64,000 nt of DNA, taken from contig MTMF02000009.1 of the NCBI GenBank assembly GCA_002011125.2, forward strand, positions 1,288,989 through 1,352,988, written 5' to 3'. The notes beneath the pieces were generated by a model that did no database searches, was not told the origin of the DNA, and saw nothing but the letters and a program-made list of their open reading frames with translations. Made by a program: the position numbers and the translations under genes. Source of the DNA: Candidatus Hydrothermarchaeum profundi. Lineage in GTDB: Archaea > Hydrothermarchaeota > Hydrothermarchaeia > Hydrothermarchaeales > Hydrothermarchaeaceae. Shown here piece after piece: positions 27,956 through 35,763 of the stretch. Numbering within the stretch: position 1 is the first letter of the stretch; each line of letters begins with the position of its first letter.

Positions 27956-28213
27956 CTAAATTGGACAATATTTCTGTATAATCTCTTTTTTAAGCCTATA
28001 TGCGATATACCTGTCATACCGTCCTTCCATTACATTATAAATATATTCGCTTATATCATTCCATTCGCATTTACCATCGAAGGTTTTCTCAAACTCTTCT
28101 AGCAACCTACTGAGTAGGGATGTGTCAGATTCTTCACCGCATCTAAGTTGACGCTTTCTCATTTTTCTAACTGCACAATCATCTTTCAATGGTTCTTTCA
28201 AATATAAGTCCAT
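27956..28213 (-). CDS. Hypothetical small protein
   Basis: 85 aa ORF downstream of pylD, TTATATA box upstream; TAG stop. Confidence 0.55.
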   Translation of the reverse strand: MDLYLKEPLKDDCAVRKMRKRQLRCGEESDTSLLSRLLEEFEKTFDGKCEWNDISEYIYNVMEGRYDRYIAYRLKKEIIQKYCPI

Positions 28214-28289
28214 ACCAGAAAGAAAGTATATAACAAACTAAAATTTTTTAAAAAATGCAATACAATTGGTAGATAAATAAATTTTGAGT

Positions 28290-29093
28290 TTAAAGGCTTG
28301 CGGATTTTACAGCCATAACAGCTACTCCGATCTGGAGGGGATCATGGATTAATCGGGTATCTAACTTTTCAATCCCTCTCTTGCTTACACCTAGAGGAAC
28401 TCCAGGAGCTGAAAGAACTGTTTCAGAGTTTATCCAGTCATCTTTTATAGTAGCTGGTGAGGCATTAATAATCAGATTAGTTTCTTTGATTGCTTCTTCT
28501 ATAGACCTATACGCTAATATTGATGGGCCCTCTAGCATTGATGCCTTAGAGAAATCCTTATCAACTAACAGGATTTTAGCCTTCTTTATCTTTAGATATC
28601 CTACTAGGCGTTTTCCTACCTTTCCTGCTCCTATAACCAAGACTTTTTTGCCTTGAAGTCCCCCTGCAGCTATTTCTAACGCAGTGGAATACCCTAGGGC
28701 CGTTGCATCGGCATTATCCACATATTTTCCGGATAGAATGTTTAGTGCAATAAAACGTAAATCATCAGCAATAAATAAAATGTTTGCGCCTCTGTCAATA
28801 GCTTCCTCTATTCCCGTGATATCTCTATTTTCAGTCACAAAGGATTCCATTCCTATATGAGATATGATTGAAGAAACAGCATAGCTAAATCCTGGGATCA
28901 CACCCTCTCCAAAAGTCATAGGTACAACACCAGCTATAGCGTTGTTTATATCAGGTTTTCTTTTTATATCCCCTTCTACTGCAGTAAAAGCCAATTCTCG
29001 TAAAGTACACTTTATTTTGTTCTTCAATTCTTTATCGTAATCGTTCAATCTTTGTGGGATACTCTTTACTATCTCTGAAGTCAATCTTGTCAT
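28290..29093 (-). CDS. pylD: 3-methylornithyl-N6-L-lysine dehydrogenase PylD
   Basis: MTRLT start, G.G.I.GFS, ADD.RFIA, DN..ATA.GY, Rossmann GAGKVG, PGVPLG, IHDPLQIGVAVM. Confidence 0.95.
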   Translation of the reverse strand: MTRLTSEIVKSIPQRLNDYDKELKNKIKCTLRELAFTAVEGDIKRKPDINNAIAGVVPMTFGEGVIPGFSYAVSSIISHIGMESFVTENRDITGIEEAIDRGANILFIADDLRFIALNILSGKYVDNADATALGYSTALEIAAGGLQGKKVLVIGAGKVGKRLVGYLKIKKAKILLVDKDFSKASMLEGPSILAYRSIEEAIKETNLIINASPATIKDDWINSETVLSAPGVPLGVSKRGIEKLDTRLIHDPLQIGVAVMAVKSASL

Positions 29094-30250
29094 TTTAAAT
29101 ACACCTCGGGATACGGATCTGAAAACTCTTTGATATCCAATTCGTTTATAATATTATCTAACACCTGATTTCTTTTTTCCCAAGTTTCTTCTAGGGACTT
29201 TTCTTTTACTATAAGGGTCGCGACCCATTTACCCCTACTACTCCTATAATTAGTAATCATTTCAAAAGAGCCAAAAAGACCCTTATGGATGCTTAAATTA
29301 TCAGCTGAAGCCATCAGATGCTCTCCTCCGACTTGGATGCATGATTTTGAAACAGTTATATGTTCATATAAGATTGCACTTTTTGGCGATGTCACCACCT
29401 TCGGGAGTGTATTGTTAGTAAACAAATTAACAAGAAGCTCTAACATATTTACACCACTTGAATGGTAAACGGCTGTCGGAGTTTGACTTGGAAGTCTAGC
29501 ATCGATTTCTATTACTTTTGGTTTTCCCTCCAATACTATAGCCTCAACATCTGTTATTCCTGTTAGATGTAATCCGTCAGCTATTTTTGTCCCTATTTTT
29601 TTGATCTTTTCTTCAATTGAAGAAGATAGAGTTAATGGAGCTAAAACTCTTTTACAGTCAAAATTTGAATCAAATTCTAGCATAGTACATAAAAGAGGGA
29701 CTCCCTCTCCCTCTTTTGCAATAATCTCTATAGATACTGAAGGCCCTTTAATGAATTCTTGAATAACCTTGTTCGATGAAGGGGATATTCTCCCTACCGT
29801 ATTCTGAAGTTGAGCTTTATTCCACACTATTGAGACATCCTGGCTTCCGCTAGAGTTTGATGGTTTAATTATTAATGGAAAATCTGCATTAGGATACAAT
29901 CGGGGTATTGGAATACCTATTTTCTCGAAAAACTTGTTAGAACGGATTTTAGAACTCGAGATGTAATATGAGTTTGTGTCATGTATAAGGGGAGTCCCCT
30001 TTGCGTCTTTAGTAATCTTTCTTAAAGTTGCCTTGTTTTCAGTTGCCGGCAGGATAACATCTGCGGTTCTATAAATCTTTTTTGCTTCTTTAGCATTCTT
30101 GGTTATATCTATTATATGGGTTTCATCTGCAAGACTTGCTGCAGGTACATCGGGATTTTTATCGATTAAAATACTTTCATAACCGGCTTTTTTTGATAAA
30201 TATACAGCTTCTAGTCCTTGGAGCTTCCCCCCTACTATGCATATCCTCAT
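29090..30250 (-). CDS. pylC: 3-methylornithine--L-lysine ligase PylC
   Basis: IVGGKLQG.EA.YL, ATP-grasp IIKPS..SGS, DCKRV, EIDARLPSQTPTAVYHSSG.N, GEH. Confidence 0.96.
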   Translation of the reverse strand: MRICIVGGKLQGLEAVYLSKKAGYESILIDKNPDVPAASLADETHIIDITKNAKEAKKIYRTADVILPATENKATLRKITKDAKGTPLIHDTNSYYISSSKIRSNKFFEKIGIPIPRLYPNADFPLIIKPSNSSGSQDVSIVWNKAQLQNTVGRISPSSNKVIQEFIKGPSVSIEIIAKEGEGVPLLCTMLEFDSNFDCKRVLAPLTLSSSIEEKIKKIGTKIADGLHLTGITDVEAIVLEGKPKVIEIDARLPSQTPTAVYHSSGVNMLELLVNLFTNNTLPKVVTSPKSAILYEHITVSKSCIQVGGEHLMASADNLSIHKGLFGSFEMITNYRSSRGKWVATLIVKEKSLEETWEKRNQVLDNIINELDIKEFSDPYPEVYLK

Positions 30251-31401
30251 GAAGACACCTTATGGGGCGAGAATTTCTTATATTTCTCTATCCATCTGAT
30301 ATAGTCTTTCACAGTTGCGCTCTTTAATTTGAGTTCTTTTAGATAGGGCTTTATCCCGTCAACCGTTCTTTTACCTATTCGGATATCTAAATCATGCTGA
30401 GCAACTCCTGCGAGGTCTCCTTGGGGGGGGATAATAGATGTAACTACATTAGCTCCAGCCATTAATCTGGCTTGAAGTCCGGCTACGCCTTCTATATCCA
30501 AGGAGGCGGGTATCAACTTGTCTTGATGTACGAGTCTCATTACAGCAATGGTAAGAAGCTCTTCTTCTCTGGGCGGAGTTCTCCAATTTTCCATAGGCGT
30601 TCCGATCTGAGGTATAAAACTCATAGCTCTTATCTGGTGGGCATTAATTTTTTTCATCTCACTAATTGAATATGCCCTATCTTTTAGCGATTCTCCGACT
30701 CCTAGAAGAATGCCCTCCTCTATCAGCATACCTTCCTTTACAGCTATTTCTTTAACTCTCATTCTAGTATCGTAGTCTTGATCGATTCTTAGCTTAGAGA
30801 ATAAATCTCTATTATGAGTTTCTTGGTAGCATGCGTACCAATCTGCTCCAGCCCTAGATAAGTCCCCAAGGATTTTATGAGGAACAACGCCTGGGGATAC
30901 CATTATAGGGATGTCAACTTCATTTCTAACTCTTTTGAGTAAATCCAGCAATTTTGAAAAATCTTGTCTACCGTGGATTAATGGATCTTCACTCATAGTA
31001 AGATCTATTAAATGGACTCCAGAATCTTCTAGGTCTTTTGCAATTTTTATTACTTCTTCCGGAGTTTTCCGGTATCTAGGGCTCTTTAAATTTGGTTTCC
31101 TATAAAAACAGAAAGTACATCTGTTACGGCAGTATGTTGTAAAGTATATGAAACCATAGAAAAAAATCTTGTTACCAAAGAATTTCTCTCTTATTCTTTT
31201 TGCTGCGGAAAAAACGCCTTCTATATCAACTGGATCCCTTAGCCCTAATAAATACTCAGTCTCTACTCTGGATAGAGTGTTTAGGTTTAAAGCTTTTTCT
31301 ACAATGCTCTCAGCCTTTTTATCATTAAATTCTAACTCATTGTTCACGCGTATCTCTCCTATGTAAAACGCAATTCCGCATTTCTTTAAGTACTTTGTCA
31401 C
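30247..31401 (-). CDS. pylB: Methylornithine synthase PylB (radical SAM)
   Basis: YGFIYFTTYCRNRCTFCFYR (CxxxCxxC), VHLIDLTM.ED, WYACYQETH, LIPASLD.EG, AGANVVTSIIP; true start may be the GTG at 31347. Confidence 0.96.
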   Translation of the reverse strand: MTKYLKKCGIAFYIGEIRVNNELEFNDKKAESIVEKALNLNTLSRVETEYLLGLRDPVDIEGVFSAAKRIREKFFGNKIFFYGFIYFTTYCRNRCTFCFYRKPNLKSPRYRKTPEEVIKIAKDLEDSGVHLIDLTMSEDPLIHGRQDFSKLLDLLKRVRNEVDIPIMVSPGVVPHKILGDLSRAGADWYACYQETHNRDLFSKLRIDQDYDTRMRVKEIAVKEGMLIEEGILLGVGESLKDRAYSISEMKKINAHQIRAMSFIPQIGTPMENWRTPPREEELLTIAVMRLVHQDKLIPASLDIEGVAGLQARLMAGANVVTSIIPPQGDLAGVAQHDLDIRIGKRTVDGIKPYLKELKLKSATVKDYIRWIEKYKKFSPHKVSS

Positions 31402-31445
31402 TCCTGCAAAACAACCTCAAAGTATCCCTAAGAATCTTGTATTAT

Positions 31446-32279
31446 TTAAATTATATCGAGCCTCACGCAATCAAGGTAAATTAGACTTCTACCAATTTTC
31501 TTTATATTAGCGAAACCTTCCTTTGCCAAGATAATTCTCTCGATCCCAAAACCTATCCCTGCCCAGGGATCGTATATCCCCCAGTTTTTATCGAGCTCAT
31601 GAGGGCCTGCTACACCAGAGCCTATTTCTATACCTCTCGAATGCACATCAAGAGTTTTCCCATAACATTCAGCATCTTCATAAGAAAGCTCATATTCCAT
31701 CTCAAGGGCGTCCATAATCTTTGTTATCAACTCTTTTAAACGTTCTTCCGGATCTTTCTCGGGTGATAGTTCAACTAGGTTTAGCATGGTAAATTCCGGC
31801 AAATGGCGAGCTCCTTTGGACTCCTTACGGAAACATGGCCCAATCTCGAAAATCCTGATCGGTCTTGGCCATAATCTACCGAGATGCCCAAGTAGAAAAT
31901 AGAGGTTTGGAGCTAGCATAGGTCTCAGGCAGTGATCTCGATCAATCCAAAAGATTTGGTTCCAGAGATGGTCTCCCTCATGGATATTCATACGTTCTAG
32001 GAGTCCTCTACTTAAAATAATTGGAGTAACGACTTCCGTAAAACCTATCGATGTAAGTAAGGATACCAGTTTTGATTCAATTTTTCGTAGATCGGGTCTC
32101 TTTTTATAACTCCGAAGAAGTTCAAGTCTTTCCTTGTTTTTGGTTGTAAGCCTATAACTGATTTTCTTGAAAACCTCTTCCCTTTCCTCGCTTGATTTAA
32201 ATTTGAGTATAAGCTCTTCCTCTTCCAGCATTAGTTCTTTAAGCCGTTGTTTTTGAGCATCTGTAAAAGTTAAATCCAT
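31446..32279 (-). CDS. pylSc: Pyrrolysyl-tRNA synthetase catalytic subunit
   Basis: CLRPMLAPNLY, FEIGPCFRKES.G..HL.EFTMLN, YG.T.DV, PWAGIGFGIER. Confidence 0.97.
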   Translation of the reverse strand: MDLTFTDAQKQRLKELMLEEEELILKFKSSEEREEVFKKISYRLTTKNKERLELLRSYKKRPDLRKIESKLVSLLTSIGFTEVVTPIILSRGLLERMNIHEGDHLWNQIFWIDRDHCLRPMLAPNLYFLLGHLGRLWPRPIRIFEIGPCFRKESKGARHLPEFTMLNLVELSPEKDPEERLKELITKIMDALEMEYELSYEDAECYGKTLDVHSRGIEIGSGVAGPHELDKNWGIYDPWAGIGFGIERIILAKEGFANIKKIGRSLIYLDCVRLDII

Positions 32280-32294
32280 TTCTATGTCCCTTCC

Positions 32295-32588
32295 TTAGGA
32301 TTTCTTACCAGCAAATCTCTTCAACTTCCAATCAGGTATTTTGCATTTCTTGCAAGGAGTTATGTATCTTCTTTGCCGTAGCCATCTAGCCCTCCTACTA
32401 TTCTTCGAGTTCCTTCCTCTAGAGACAGCATTGCAGTGCGTTCTTACAATAATAAAAGATCCTCTTTCTTCGATTTCTTTAACTCCATGTAAAGTACCTT
32501 TTTTAGATACCCACAGATTTATTTTTTTTACAAGATCTAACAACGGAACACGTTTATCGAAAATATCTTTCTTGCTCATTTGAATCAC
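32295..32588 (-). CDS. pylSn: Pyrrolysyl-tRNA synthetase N-terminal tRNA-binding subunit
   Basis: LW.S..GTLHG, THC, NS.NSR.ARWLR, C..C.IPDWKL..F with Zn ligands H/C/C/C. Confidence 0.95.
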   Translation of the reverse strand: MIQMSKKDIFDKRVPLLDLVKKINLWVSKKGTLHGVKEIEERGSFIIVRTHCNAVSRGRNSKNSRRARWLRQRRYITPCKKCKIPDWKLKRFAGKKS

Positions 32589-32595
32589 ATATTAG

Positions 32596-32664
32596 CGGAG
32601 GGCCCGAGAGTCGAACCCGGCTGCATGGAGTTAGAGTCCATGCGGTCTCCCCGACCTGCCCTCC
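32596..32664 (-). tRNA. pylT: tRNA-Pyl (CUA, amber suppressor)
   Basis: GGAGGGC-A-GGTC GGGGA GACC-G-CATGGA CTCTAAC TCCATG-CAG-CCGGG TTCGACT CTCGG-GCCCTCC-G: one-nt acceptor/D linker, 6-bp anticodon stem, 3-nt variable loop, G73. Confidence 0.96.
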
Positions 32665-32703
32665 TATGGCGTACTCTACTAAAGTAAAATGGCTTTTTCT
32701 AGG

Positions 32704-32788
32704 ATATTTAAATTTTTGGCTAAATGGTATTGATGCTATGGTTATACTTTCTATGAAGATTAGAAATTCTACCGTAAAGGTTTTATAG
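32704..32788. promoter_or_regulatory. Divergent BRE-TATA promoters for pylT (minus) and mtaA-like gene (plus)
   Basis: Minus strand CCAAAAA-TTTAAAT at about 32706-32719; plus strand CCGTAAAGG-TTTTATA at 32773-32788. Confidence 0.6.
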
Positions 32789-32822
32789 TTCTTGCGTGTT
32801 TCTTTTGTCTTGGTGATTTTGT

Positions 32823-33830
32823 ATGGATGTAGTGGATCGTTTTTTTAATGCACTTAAGGGTAAGGAGGTGGATAGGCCTCCGGTAACATGTGCTAATCAG
32901 ACGGCTACAGTTGAGCAGATGGAGAAAGTTGGAGTATTTTGGCCTGAAGCACATAAAGATGCAGAGAAAATGGCTGTTTTAGCAGCTCAGGCATGGGAGC
33001 AACTAGGGCTGGAGGTTGTTGGTGTTCCTTTTTGCCAGACAGTTGAGGCTGAGGTTTTGGGATGTGAAATTAAGTGGAGTGATAAGAAGGACGCTATTCC
33101 CAGCGTACCTTTCGAGGGTTATGCCAGTCCAGATGATGTCACGGTTCCTGAGAACCTTCTGGAACAAGGAAGGATTCCTGTAGTCTTTAAGGCTTTGGAG
33201 ATTTTGAGGGAGAAATATGGTGAGCAAGTGCCAATCATGGGCCACGTTAATGGGCCTTTTAGCCTTGCGTCACATCTTACAGATCCTAGCAAGATGATGA
33301 AACTTATTCTCACGAAGCCGGATGTTGTTCCAGAGTTCTGTCGTATTTCAGTAGATGTTATTTCAGAGTATGCTAATGCAATGTATGATCATGGAGCCGA
33401 TGTGGTAGTTATAGAGGATATGATCGCAAGCGTTGACCTATTAGGTCCAAAGTTTTATGAAGACTTTAGTTTTCCTTTTGAGAAAGAGCTTGCAAGCCGT
33501 CTCAAGGGACCATCGATTTTGCACATTTGTGGAAATGCTACTTCAGTATTAGACAACATGATCGCTACAGGTTCTGATGGTATTAGTATTGATAGTAAAG
33601 TTGATGCCAGTTTAGCGGTTGAAAAGAGTAGGGGAAAATGTGCGGTGCTAGGGAATGTAGATGCATTAGTATTACTAAATGGCACTGTAGATGAGATTCA
33701 AAAAGAGACGATGAAGTCGATTGAAGCCAATGTTGACCTCGTTGCGCCGGCTTGTGCGATTTCTCCTCTTAATAGTAATAAAAATATCAAAGCTATGGTG
33801 GACACCGTAGTTGAATATGGGGGTAAGTGA
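32823..33830 (+). CDS. MtaA/CmuA family methylcobamide:thiol methyltransferase (UroD fold)
   Basis: WPEAH.D.EKMA.LA, VPFCQTVEAE.LGC, GRIP, GPFSLA, Zn motif LHICG and C-terminal APAC. Confidence 0.9.
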   Translation: MDVVDRFFNALKGKEVDRPPVTCANQTATVEQMEKVGVFWPEAHKDAEKMAVLAAQAWEQLGLEVVGVPFCQTVEAEVLGCEIKWSDKKDAIPSVPFEGYASPDDVTVPENLLEQGRIPVVFKALEILREKYGEQVPIMGHVNGPFSLASHLTDPSKMMKLILTKPDVVPEFCRISVDVISEYANAMYDHGADVVVIEDMIASVDLLGPKFYEDFSFPFEKELASRLKGPSILHICGNATSVLDNMIATGSDGISIDSKVDASLAVEKSRGKCAVLGNVDALVLLNGTVDEIQKETMKSIEANVDLVAPACAISPLNSNKNIKAMVDTVVEYGGK

Positions 33831-33859
33831 TTTAGTGTAATGATGACTACAGTTATGTG

Positions 33860-33884
33860 TCCCCCCCTTCCTCTTTTTTTATTC
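33860..33884 (+). terminator. Pyrimidine/T-tract terminator after the mtaA-like gene
   Basis: CCCCCCCTTCCTCTTTTTTTATT about 30 bp after the stop. Confidence 0.45.
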
Positions 33885-33921
33885 TTTAAAAAATGATATG
33901 AAAGCCTTCTTTTGTTAACTA

Positions 33922-33945
33922 TTTAGGTAATATTCGTTACCCAAA
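33922..33945. promoter_or_regulatory. Inverted-repeat operator upstream of the cbi operon promoter
   Basis: TTTAGGTAA-N6-TTACCCAAA directly upstream of the ATATATATA box; ATG about 25 nt downstream (leaderless). Confidence 0.45.
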
Positions 33946-33986
33946 AAAATAGTGATATATATACCTTTTACAACCTATAAGATTTC

Positions 33987-34670
33987 ATGCACATAATGGA
34001 AGGATTTTTACCGGGACCTTGGTGGTACTTGTGGTTCGTCTTCTCTGTACCAGTTGTCGGTTATGGGCTATGGAGAATGAAAAAGGTTGTTGAGGAGAAT
34101 CCTAATGTCAAAATATTACTTGCTTTAGCTGGCGCTTTTGTATTCGTGCTATCTTCGCTAAAACTTCCATCTGTTACAGGCTCTTGTTCACATCCCACGG
34201 GTACCGGGCTTAGTGTTATTCTATTCGGTCCGAGCGTAACAGCATTACTGTCAAGTATAGTACTTCTATATCAGGCTCTACTCCTTGCTCATGGAGGATT
34301 AACAACATGGGGCGCTAATGTTGCAAGTATGGGCATATTGGGGCCTCTCGTTGGCTGGTTAGTTTTTATTGCCTCTAGAAAAGTAAATCTAAATATGAAT
34401 CTAGCAGTATTCTTAACAGCTGCGGTCGCTGACCTAGCTACTTATGTAGTAACATCGATTCAACTAGCAGTCGCTTTTCCTGCAGCTACTGGAGGTGTAT
34501 TAACAAGTTTCAAGGCTTTTTTTGTAATCTTTGCTGTAACTCAAGTTCCTCTTGCGATAGTAGAGGGGCTTGTAACGGTAGTAATATTCAAATATCTTGT
34601 AGAATTACGAAGCGACCTTTTGGTGCATATGAATGTAATAAAACCAGCTGAGGAGGTGAGTACTGAGTGA
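33987..34670 (+). CDS. cbiM: Cobalt ECF transporter S component
   Basis: N-terminal MHIMEGFLP, GSCSHPTG, LLAHGGLTT. Confidence 0.96.
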   Translation: MHIMEGFLPGPWWYLWFVFSVPVVGYGLWRMKKVVEENPNVKILLALAGAFVFVLSSLKLPSVTGSCSHPTGTGLSVILFGPSVTALLSSIVLLYQALLLAHGGLTTWGANVASMGILGPLVGWLVFIASRKVNLNMNLAVFLTAAVADLATYVVTSIQLAVAFPAATGGVLTSFKAFFVIFAVTQVPLAIVEGLVTVVIFKYLVELRSDLLVHMNVIKPAEEVSTE

Positions 34671-34954
34671 AGACTCCTATTATCTTTCTTCTTATACTCG
34701 TTGTTTTATTGGTACCTTTTATAATTAATGAGAATGCAGAATGGGGGGGCGCGGATGCTCAAGCAGAAGTAGCGATATCGGAGTTTACTGGGGGAACATA
34801 TGAGCCTTGGTTCAGTCCTATATGGGAGCCTCCTAGCGGGGAAATTGAAAGCCTTCTCTTTTCTCTACAAGCTGCACTGGGTGCAATTATAGTTGGATAC
34901 TTTATTGGGTACCATAAAGGTAAAAACTCAGTTGAAGAGGTTCAGGCGAGGTGA
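34667..34954 (+). CDS. cbiN: Cobalt ECF transporter CbiN
   Basis: GGADAQA, YEPWFSPIWEPPSGEIESLLFSLQAA. Confidence 0.96.
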   Translation: MKTPIIFLLILVVLLVPFIINENAEWGGADAQAEVAISEFTGGTYEPWFSPIWEPPSGEIESLLFSLQAALGAIIVGYFIGYHKGKNSVEEVQAR

Positions 34955-34961
34955 AAAATAG

Positions 34962-35753
34962 ATGCATGTACATCATCCCTTTGACATTTATACATACAAT
35001 AATGCCTTAAAAAGAGTACCTCCCCACTTTAAAGTATTAGTCTCTTTGGTTGCATTGCTTATAGTAGTAGCTTCTCCCTCCTTTGTGGCGCCTATCGCAA
35101 TTTTTGGTCTAATGTACTTTTTGACTGTGGTGAAGGCTAAGATCCCTAATAAAGTTTATCTAAAAGCGTTAACTGCTCCTTTGTTATTTACTATTCCCAC
35201 CCTCCCGCTTATGGCTTTCTTCTTTGGTGGGGGTGATGTATTATTCACAGTAAATATCTTGGGCTTTAGTCTTGCGGCTACTAGAGACGGGTTTAACTTA
35301 GCCCTCTTAGTTGCTTCACGGGTTATAGCGGGTAGTGCAAGCCTATTCTTCTTGGCTTTTACTACTCCTATGACTGAGATTTTTGGTGTAATGAGAGCCC
35401 TTAAATTCCCATCCCTTTTTGTCGAAATCGCTATGATGATATATCGATACATCTTCGTACTTATAGAAGAAGCAGAACAAATGATTTTTGCGCAAAATGT
35501 GAGACTCGGGTATAACACTTATAAGAGGAGTTATGAGTCTTTTGGACTATTAGTTAGCAATCTCTTTATAAGGTCTTGGCAGAAAGGTGAGCGAATTTTT
35601 AGAGCATTAGAAGCCCGGGGATATGAGGGGCAATTTGTTTTCTCTGATCAATCGCAACAAAAAATTACTTTTTTGCCTTTGTCTATATTGGGGGCTATAG
35701 GCATAGGTCTTGTTTTATTGGCGTACTACACTAGGGGGCTCACAATTTTTTAA
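34962..35753 (+). CDS. cbiQ: Cobalt ECF transporter T component
   Basis: TTP, MIYRYIFVL.EE, ARGY. Confidence 0.93.
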   Translation: MHVHHPFDIYTYNNALKRVPPHFKVLVSLVALLIVVASPSFVAPIAIFGLMYFLTVVKAKIPNKVYLKALTAPLLFTIPTLPLMAFFFGGGDVLFTVNILGFSLAATRDGFNLALLVASRVIAGSASLFFLAFTTPMTEIFGVMRALKFPSLFVEIAMMIYRYIFVLIEEAEQMIFAQNVRLGYNTYKRSYESFGLLVSNLFIRSWQKGERIFRALEARGYEGQFVFSDQSQQKITFLPLSILGAIGIGLVLLAYYTRGLTIF

Positions 35754-35763
35754 GGGATTGAAA

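Noticed and set aside
32769-32954. 61-aa minus-strand ORF upstream of pylT
   Set aside because: Antisense shadow of the mtaA-like gene and its promoter; no recognisable motif
33835-33851. C/D-box sRNA suggested by ATGATGA (also TGATGA near 13700 and 59741)
   Set aside because: No properly spaced CTGA D box or D'/C' pair found
33831-33986. Cobalamin riboswitch before cbiM
   Set aside because: The region is short and AT-rich with no B12-box, and the TATA-to-ATG spacing implies a leaderless transcript
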